From Bacilli bacterium (lineage in GTDB: Bacteria > Bacillota_I > Bacilli_A > ML615J-28 > CAG-698): a stretch of 56,335 nucleotides of DNA. The notes under the pieces are model-generated. The model saw nothing but the letters and a program-made list of their open reading frames with translations, did not search any database and was not told the DNA's origin. Made by a program: the position numbers and the translations under genes. The stretch covers positions 1 through 56,335 of the forward strand of contig JBFXGS010000001.1 of NCBI GenBank assembly GCA_050177775.1, in the 5' to 3' direction. Below are positions 36,063 to 44,100 of the stretch, piece after piece (positions within the stretch are counted from its first letter, which is position 1; each line of letters opens with the position of its first letter).

Positions 36063-37565
36063 ATGAAAAAAATTTTATATATTCCACTTGATGAACGCCC
36101 TTGTAATTATGATTTTCCGAAAAGTATTTTTACAAGTTCCTCATACTCCGTCATTGTTCCACCCATTAGTATCATGGGTGATAAAAAAAATCCGGCTGAC
36201 CATGAAGCTTTAGAAACCTTTTTACTTGAAGAATCAAAGGAAGCGGATGGTTTAGTTATTTCTCTTGACACATTAATTTATGGTGGAATTGTGCCTTCGA
36301 GGCTCCATTATTTGGAAGCCTCTGTTTTGAAAGAAAGGTTATTGTTTTTAAAGAAAATCAAGCTAATTCACCCCCATTTACCCGTTTTTGCTTTTCAACT
36401 TATTATGCGTTGTCCTCAAAACAATTCGAGCGATGAAGAACCGGAATACTATAAACATGCAGGTCGGAATATTTATCTGCAAGGTTATTTTCAAAACAAA
36501 CAACAACTTGGCCTTCTCAGCGTTGATGAAGAAAAAATTTGGAAGACCATCACCATTGAGGATGCTTATTTAAATGATTTTCTAAGTCGAAGAGCTTTGA
36601 ATAAGCAAATTAACATTTTTGCGCTTGATTTGTTAGAACAAGGGACAATTGATTTTTTGGTTGTTCCTCAAGATGATGCCAGTGAATTTGGTTACACGGC
36701 AATGGATCAAGTTGATATTAGATCGGTAATTCGCCAAAAGCAACTAATGCTTAAAGCTTATATGTATCCTGGGGCCGATGAAGTTGGATGTATTTTAATG
36801 AGTCGGATGATTAACCATTTAGAAAATAAAAAGCCGGCCGTGTTTGTGAAATACCCATCCCCGACCACCCCGATGGTAATTCCTTGTTTAGAAGATCGCT
36901 ATGTCGATGTAACCATCAAATACCATATTGCTTGTGCCGGAGGAATTACGGTTCCTTCGCTGAGTGATGCCGATATTGTTTTGCTTCCCTTTTTAGGGGC
37001 AACCAAAATGATACCACACCCGAATAATGAAGCCAGTTTAGATGTTGATGTTATGTGCAATTTTGTGGAAATGATGGAGTTTGCGGAATATGCCATTAAA
37101 AAAGGCTATCCGGTTGCTATTGCTGATTTAGTTTATTTAAATGGTGGTTCTTTAGATATCTTAAATTTTCTTGAAAGCAAAGGATTAACCATGAGGGTTG
37201 CCGCTTATGCGGGATGGAATACCTCAAGTAATGCTTTAGGAACAGCCATTGCTCAAGCTATGCAGTTTTGGCATCAAGGATCTACCAAACTTCACCAAAC
37301 ATTTCTCATCAAGAGGTATGTCGAAGACGTGGGGTATTGTGGAGTAGTGCGAGAGAATGTTACCAAACAACTGGCAAAATATGGTATGGATTACTTTAAT
37401 GTGAAAGAAAAAAGCGGGCTTGCCGCCGATCTTGTCAAACAAGAACTAAACTTGTTCATTGAAGAATATCTTCCAAGCATTTCTAACCGATTCGCTTTGG
37501 AGGATGTTAATCTGCCATGGCGTCGAATGTTTGAAGTTGATTTCCAAGTCGTTCTAAAGGATTAA
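36063..37565 (+). CDS. DUF4127 family protein, paralogue 2
   Basis: 500 aa from MKKILYIPLDERPCNY. AGGAGAAAAGG RBS. The track ORF starts upstream inside the previous gene. Confidence 0.65.
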   Translation: MKKILYIPLDERPCNYDFPKSIFTSSSYSVIVPPISIMGDKKNPADHEALETFLLEESKEADGLVISLDTLIYGGIVPSRLHYLEASVLKERLLFLKKIKLIHPHLPVFAFQLIMRCPQNNSSDEEPEYYKHAGRNIYLQGYFQNKQQLGLLSVDEEKIWKTITIEDAYLNDFLSRRALNKQINIFALDLLEQGTIDFLVVPQDDASEFGYTAMDQVDIRSVIRQKQLMLKAYMYPGADEVGCILMSRMINHLENKKPAVFVKYPSPTTPMVIPCLEDRYVDVTIKYHIACAGGITVPSLSDADIVLLPFLGATKMIPHPNNEASLDVDVMCNFVEMMEFAEYAIKKGYPVAIADLVYLNGGSLDILNFLESKGLTMRVAAYAGWNTSSNALGTAIAQAMQFWHQGSTKLHQTFLIKRYVEDVGYCGVVRENVTKQLAKYGMDYFNVKEKSGLAADLVKQELNLFIEEYLPSISNRFALEDVNLPWRRMFEVDFQVVLKD

Positions 37566-37566
37566 C

Positions 37567-39507
37567 ATGAAAAAGTTAACGTTTATTCTTTGCTTTATTT
37601 TTGTTGTTTTGTTCTTTGTTTTTTTTAGAGTTAACACTTTTGCTCACTCGATGAGTGTTGAGAAAAATGACACGATTAAAAGTGGGACAGTTATACCAGG
37701 AATAACTTACGAAAGCTTTTCGGGAATGACAATAAATGATGCCCAAACCACCAGCAATCAAAGAATTAGTTGGGTGAAAAAATCCGCAAGTGCTCATGCG
37801 AAAATAGTTTCCTGGAGTAAACTAAAAGAAAACGGCATTGAAGGCGCGAACCTATTAAATCTGGCAAGTGATTTTGAGAGTAAAAATCCAGGATGGCGAG
37901 TGCTTGCCGGAATTAATGGGGACTATTACGACCCGACGACTAAAACGCCCGTGAATGCCCTTGTACAACAAGGTGATGTTGTAAAAGGAACAAACTTTAC
38001 ATTATCGAGATATTTTTCAATTGGCTTTAACGATGATAGCACTGGCTATGTAACATCGAAAACCAATGTTTTAGAAACAAAGTACGCTTTAACGATTTAT
38101 GATGAATCAAGGACTCGGGTTATTCTGGAAGTGGAACTTCAAGGATTAAACACGTATCCTAACAGCAAACAGACAAGTGTTTATTATAATAGTCAATATC
38201 CTTATCAAATTCCTAATGCCCGTTATTTTCGTGTAAATGATTTAGATTATGCCATCAATTACGGGTCTTATTTATTTAAAGGAAAAGTCAATGAAGAAGT
38301 AAATAATACCGAAACCCATTTAGGACAATTAGTGATCGCATCTTTAGATGAACGTGTTCAATATTTACTTGAAAAAAATCCATATATCCGGGTTCAAAAG
38401 CATTTAAAAGATGTCAATAACGGTTATGACAATATTATTGGAGTCGGAAGTCAACCTCTAAAAGATGGGACAATCTTAGAATTTTCCGAAATAAATGACC
38501 AAAATCTTGATTTCGCAAAACTTCGTGCACCGCGTTCTTCAATTGGCTTTACCCATGACGGCAGTTTTGTGATGGCTACCATGGATGGAAGGCAGTCGTT
38601 AATGGCCGGAGTTGACTTACGAGAAGAAGCCATGGTTATGGCATCTTTGGGGTGCCATCAAGCCTTTAATTTAGATGGTGGGGGATCAACCCAGTTAATT
38701 GTTCGAGAAAATGATCAATTGGTGATGTTAAACTCGCCTTCCGAAATCTATCGGAATAATGCCAATGGGGTTTTAATAGTGGAACCCGATGTTGATATTG
38801 AGGTTGACATTTCCCATTTATCTTTTTCATCGCTTGACTTACAATACTCTTTGGTGCCGCAAACCGGGGTGAATATTATAAGCCATTCTTTATATGCTAA
38901 TAATGTTCCGATAACAACGAGCCCAGAAACGATTACCATTGATTCTTTAATTTATTCGGGAATTAATTATTTGTCTTTGGTTGTGAAATACGAAAAACAA
39001 GGATTTATTTATGAACGATGTTTGTGGGTTGAACGAATAAATCTTGCTAATTATGGACTTGTTGAACCTATTGTTAAGGAAAAGCCCCATGATTTTACGG
39101 TTGTATTTGAAAAAGATGAAACTATCAAGGGCTTTACCGCGGTTATTAATTTTGATGATCCCGATAACACAATCACAAAACTTTATTTAGCATATGAAGG
39201 TAATGAAGAAATCGCCTTAAAAAGAATCAACGGGTATGAAGTCGATTTTTATAATGTTGAAAATAATTCATCTTTTTCTTTTTCGATTATTTATTATTAT
39301 CGAATTAACACGATAAATGCGGTATCGGAAACTTATGAAACTTTGTTTCCTTATGTTTATCAAGCGGAAACAGAGCCCGAGCCTGAACCTGAACCTGAAC
39401 CAAAACCAGAACCGGAAACTAAAGGTTGTTTATCTTGGGAAACACTATTACCTATTTCGCTTTTGATGTTAGGTTTTGGATGGTTTAAGAGGAGGAAACA
39501 TGAATAG
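37567..39507 (+). CDS. Secreted, C-terminally anchored phosphodiester glycosidase (NAGPA/DUF2233 domain) protein
   Basis: Signal peptide. Motifs GINGDYYD and RSSIGFTHDGSFVMATMDGRQ...GVDLREEAMVMASLGCHQAFNLDGGGSTQLIV, typical of the NAGPA domain. Also a C-terminal beta-rich region, PE repeat, KGC, TM helix and KRRKHE tail. Confidence 0.8.
   Translation: MKKLTFILCFIFVVLFFVFFRVNTFAHSMSVEKNDTIKSGTVIPGITYESFSGMTINDAQTTSNQRISWVKKSASAHAKIVSWSKLKENGIEGANLLNLASDFESKNPGWRVLAGINGDYYDPTTKTPVNALVQQGDVVKGTNFTLSRYFSIGFNDDSTGYVTSKTNVLETKYALTIYDESRTRVILEVELQGLNTYPNSKQTSVYYNSQYPYQIPNARYFRVNDLDYAINYGSYLFKGKVNEEVNNTETHLGQLVIASLDERVQYLLEKNPYIRVQKHLKDVNNGYDNIIGVGSQPLKDGTILEFSEINDQNLDFAKLRAPRSSIGFTHDGSFVMATMDGRQSLMAGVDLREEAMVMASLGCHQAFNLDGGGSTQLIVRENDQLVMLNSPSEIYRNNANGVLIVEPDVDIEVDISHLSFSSLDLQYSLVPQTGVNIISHSLYANNVPITTSPETITIDSLIYSGINYLSLVVKYEKQGFIYERCLWVERINLANYGLVEPIVKEKPHDFTVVFEKDETIKGFTAVINFDDPDNTITKLYLAYEGNEEIALKRINGYEVDFYNVENNSSFSFSIIYYYRINTINAVSETYETLFPYVYQAETEPEPEPEPEPKPEPETKGCLSWETLLPISLLMLGFGWFKRRKHE
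39367..39420 (+). repeat. Imperfect GAACCN hexanucleotide repeat encoding a (Pro-Glu)n linker
   Basis: Encodes ETEPEPEPEPEPKPEPET, immediately before AAAGGTTGT (KGC). Confidence 0.85.
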
Positions 39508-41011
39508 AATCATTTATGTTCCCCTTGATGAACGTCCCTGTAATTATCGATTTCCTTTTCAAATATTTAATCAAAAAAACACGGAAATAATTACTTGTCC
39601 AGAACATTTGATGGGTTATAAAAAGCGACCGGCCCAAATCAACCAACTTAATGAATGGTTAATGATCAATACTAAGCATGCTTATGGTTTGGTTGTTGCC
39701 CTAGATACACTTATTTATGGAGGAATTGTACCCTCACGACTCCATAATTTGCCTTTAGATGTGTTAATAAGTCGATTAACTATTTTAAGAAGTTTGAAAA
39801 AACAAAATCCTAATTTGATTATATATGGATTTTCCTTAATTATGCGATGCCCCGAGTATAATTCTGCCGATGAAGAACCGGAATACTTTCAAAACCACGG
39901 AAAAAACATTCACCTTTTGGGTTATTTGTCCCACATGAAAGAATTAAACATTCTTAGTAAATCCGATCAAGAAAAACTTGATAATATCCAAATCCCCAAG
40001 GAATACATCGATGATTTTTCACATCGTCGTTATGTTAACCAACAAATTAATATCGCTGCATTAGAGCTTGTGAAAGAAGAAATCATTACCTTTTTCACAA
40101 TTCCTCAAGATGATTCTTCAAAGTATGGTTGGACGGCCAAAGATCAAATCAAGATTAGAGAGGTTATAAAAAAACATAAACTGTTTAAGAAAGTTTTTAT
40201 GTATCCTGGTGCGGATGAAGCTGGTTGTGTTTTACTCAGTCGAATGGTTTGTCTTAACAATCATCTTCAACCGAAAGTATATATTAAATACCCCGGTCCC
40301 ACTTGTTCGAAAATAATCCCCTCCATCGAAGATCGCTATTTGGATACGATGGTAAAATACCACATTATTGCTTGTGGCGGGATAGTAGTTGATGCTTTAA
40401 AGGAATGTGATGCGGTTTTATTGATCAATGCTCCTGCAGATTACATGCGCTCCTCATTTAATAAAGAAGAACCCGGCCGGGGACTGGAAGTTCAGAGAAA
40501 CCTTGTTGAAGCCATCGAGTTTATTGAATACGTGGGCCAAAAACAAAAAGCCATTATTATTGGCGATATTACTTATGGAAATGGCAGTGATTTAGAAATT
40601 TATCATTATTTATCTTTAAAGAAAATGCTTTTTAAACTGGCGGGTTTTGGAGGATGGAACACAGCTTCCAACAGTATCGGGCAAGCCATCGCCATGGGTT
40701 TTTCGTGCTTGCTAAACGGGTTTACCAAACAACATTTAGCTTTTTTAATCAGCCGCTATGTTGAAGATATCGGTTATTGTGGTTATGTTCGTCAAACAAT
40801 TATGAAGGACTTTTTGCCTAGACATCCTCAGTTAAACTATTTCGATGTAAAAAGCAAAGCCGGAATCGTCGCAACAGAAGTTAAGGATCAATTAAAGTTG
40901 TTTGTACAAACCAAAATGCCTGATTTATGGCCCCACATTATTATTAAGAAAGTTGAATTACCTTGGAAACGCATGTACGAAATCGATTTAGAGGTTGAAT
41001 ATCGACCCTAA
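39500..41011 (+). CDS. DUF4127 family protein, paralogue 3
   Basis: 503 aa from MNRIIYVPLDERPCNY. AGGAGGA RBS. 8-nt overlap with the upstream gene. Roughly 45-50 percent identical by eye to paralogue 2. Confidence 0.65.
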   Translation: MNRIIYVPLDERPCNYRFPFQIFNQKNTEIITCPEHLMGYKKRPAQINQLNEWLMINTKHAYGLVVALDTLIYGGIVPSRLHNLPLDVLISRLTILRSLKKQNPNLIIYGFSLIMRCPEYNSADEEPEYFQNHGKNIHLLGYLSHMKELNILSKSDQEKLDNIQIPKEYIDDFSHRRYVNQQINIAALELVKEEIITFFTIPQDDSSKYGWTAKDQIKIREVIKKHKLFKKVFMYPGADEAGCVLLSRMVCLNNHLQPKVYIKYPGPTCSKIIPSIEDRYLDTMVKYHIIACGGIVVDALKECDAVLLINAPADYMRSSFNKEEPGRGLEVQRNLVEAIEFIEYVGQKQKAIIIGDITYGNGSDLEIYHYLSLKKMLFKLAGFGGWNTASNSIGQAIAMGFSCLLNGFTKQHLAFLISRYVEDIGYCGYVRQTIMKDFLPRHPQLNYFDVKSKAGIVATEVKDQLKLFVQTKMPDLWPHIIIKKVELPWKRMYEIDLEVEYRP

Positions 41012-41044
41012 TTATATCCTTGTGAAAACCTTTTCAATCTTTTC

Positions 41045-41073
41045 TTGACTAGACAAGTAAAGGAATGTATAAT
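41045..41073 (+). promoter_or_regulatory. Consensus sigma-A promoter of the giant lipoprotein gene, overlapping an operator-like near-palindrome
   Basis: TTGACT (41045-41050), 17 nt, TATAAT (41068-41073). CTTGACTAGACAAG (41044-41057) pairs at 6 of 7 palindrome positions. Confidence 0.75.
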
Positions 41074-41103
41074 AAAGTTATCATTAGATAAAGGAGGAAA
41101 CTA

Positions 41104-44100
41104 ATGTCAAACATTAAAAAATTTCTATTTTTCCTAAGTTTAATCATTGTGGTGTTTTCGCTCACAGCTTGTAAACCCAAGGATACGGAAAAACCAAGCT
41201 TAGTGATTCCATCGCCAACGATTACTCATGTTGTTAATGAAGATGTTGACTTGCTAGAAGATATCACAGCAACAGATAATGTATCAGTTGCAGCCGATAT
41301 TACGATTGAAATATCTGATTTAGGCGGATATGACAAAACAAAAGTCGGCAATTATACCGTTACGATTAAAGCGACGGATAAAGCAGGCAACTTCATTACG
41401 CGAACGATTACTGTTAATGTAACCGAAGCGCCAATTTTGGATACTGTTGCTCCAACGTTAACAATAGGCAAACCAAGCATCACCCATGAGGTCAATGCCA
41501 CTGTCAATCTATTAGCCGATGTTACGGCAACAGACAATATTGATGCTGCCAACGACATTACCATTAGCATTTCTAATTATAATGGCTATGACAAGAGCGT
41601 TGCAGGAACTTATGTCATCACGGTAAAAGCGACGGACAAGAGTAACAACTTCTCGACCGCGACGATTACCGTAATTGTGAAAGATGATGTTTTGCCACCG
41701 ATGGTGACAGGAGCAGTAACAACCATTACGCAACTAGCTGGCGAAACGGTTGACCTGACAAAAGGTTTAACCGGTGTTGACAATAAAGATGGCGTTAATG
41801 TTATTTTTACAGTCACCAATCTTAAAGATTATAACAAAGATGTTCCCGGAACATACACCGTCGAAATCACCGCGTCCGACTCATCCGACAACCATGGCGT
41901 TCCTTTTAACCGCACAGTTGTTGTGGAAGAGGGGTATGCTCGTGCCGAAATGACTTCATTTGCTGGTGATACAATTCGTTACCAAGCTCTTTATAACCCA
42001 CAAATCATGAATAGTAATACGGCAACCGGTTATAACTCGGCTTATGATGGTCATTATGTTAATGTTCTTTCTAAAGAATACTTGGAATGGATCATTGAAT
42101 ACGCCCCTGAGCGTTTAGGAGCCGGTGTCGGTTGGAGCGTTATTGCTGTGACTGATTCTACGGATAAAATTGTTTATGTTCGCCATTGGAATAGTGGTGA
42201 AGCTTACCACGATGCTCAAGGAAATTTAGTTTCGGCAAAATCAGTTAACTGGTCAACGGGAACTATTCGCACATGGACGGAAGAAGTCGGTGGCCAAACC
42301 GTCGGCATGTCTAATGCGAAATACAGTTCAGCCGAAATGGGCATGATGATGGCCAATATTAATGAATGGGTTCCTGAAGGCGGACATGTTTTCATCTTCC
42401 TTAACTGGACAACGATTGGTGAAGATGAATCAGGCAATTTAATCAGCATCGCTAACTCAGCAACCATGCCTCGTTCAATGGGTGCTAATTACATTATGTC
42501 AAGTGATGAAAATGGCGATGATGTCATGGATTATGCCATTGGAAGAACTTTAAAAATTCTTGATAAACAATTGACCGATAATACTATTCGTCAAAGTTTT
42601 GATCCCGCTAATCCTTTCCCAATTATTTCGATTCCTAGTGTTCGTTATGTCACATCAACCGGAATTTGGAAGAACCGTTATACAGAAACAGTTTATTTGG
42701 ATGAATTCAATCAAACAAATCCATACAACCCTTTAAATGGCGTTTTTGCAAATGACGGAAAAGGAACCGACATTACTTCTTCAATTACATATAAAATCTT
42801 CCGTTATCAAACAACGGAACAAGCTTATGGATTATTGACTTCGCTCGCGATCGATGACCCACGTTGGGCGTATTATGTCGATGCTGCGGAATTATGGAAG
42901 AAGGAAGAAAATGAAGTAACCCTTGAACAAGTGATGGTTGATGCCAATAATGATTATCATTTTGTCGTTCAATACCAAGTTACCGCTAATGGCCATACCG
43001 ATACCGCTTATAAACTTATTCAAATAAAAGCGCAAGTTCCAGACTATATTGATTTATATGGAGCAACGGACTCGGTTTTCTCAGAAGCCATGGGACTTCA
43101 ACAACGTTTGGATATGAATCCAAATCTTGAAAACTTTGGTTCGATGACAACCACCGAAAAAGGGATTATTTATACCGCTTCGGCTTTCAAAGCATTAACT
43201 GTTTTCCCAGCCTTGGAAAAAGGCGTTGTTGTCGTCGTTGATCCGTTCTATCGCATTCAATTGATAAGAATCGTAAATGGAATAGCTTTTGAATTGGATG
43301 GAACAGGGACAGCCAAAACAACGGATTTAACTTGGATTTCAAGTCAAATGTTAGCCGGGTTAGATACGTTAGTTCCTGCCGGTGGATATGTCATGATTTA
43401 TCCGGAAGGACTTAATGGCGCTGTTCTCACAAAAGCTTTAAAAGCTTATTATGATTATGGTTATCAATCAGGAGTTTTAACAGAAGCTTTGCCTACTAAT
43501 GGAAAAGTTTCGGTTGAAATGATTATCAAAGAAGTCAAAGAAGTATCGACGTTCATCGTTAATGATGTGGCTCCACAGATTAACATTAACAATGCTTTAA
43601 CAAACATCTTTGCTGTGGAAAACAATAAAGCATCATTAGTGTTCTCTTCTGCAGGTGGTGGAGCGGGTTTCCGTTTGGATACCGGCAAAGCATACTACTA
43701 TACGAAAGCAGACTATGCTGTTTTATCACAACACACTGATGTTGTTTCTTCGTTCACAACTTTAAGTCCTAACAAAGGTGTGCCTTGGTTCCGTGACGGT
43801 GTCATTATCGTAGTTGATGCGAGTGGAAAATTTGTTCAAGCTCGCGTAATGACCACATCCGCTGCCGCTGAAATCCATGTTGACGGAACGGTTGTTTACG
43901 GAAATGCTGCGGTTGTAGCTTTAAGTGAAACGGCCAAAGCGGCTGCTGGTCAAGCTAACCTGACATGGGATTTAGTGCTTCCAAATGCCGCTAACACGGT
44001 TGCCCATGGACCGCTTGCGGATATTCAATCGGTTATTCCTGAAGGTGGAGCATTCTATATTCTTCCGGGTACCGCCAATACGGCCGTTCGAAATTATGCC

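Noticed and set aside
41352-41819. Overlapping minus-strand ORFs inside the giant lipoprotein gene (also 42216-42467, 43464-43688 and 45963-46166)
   Set aside because: They are antisense shadows of a long, clearly coding plus-strand frame. They have no RBS, their products look like biased-composition artefacts, and one simply mirrors the tandem repeat.
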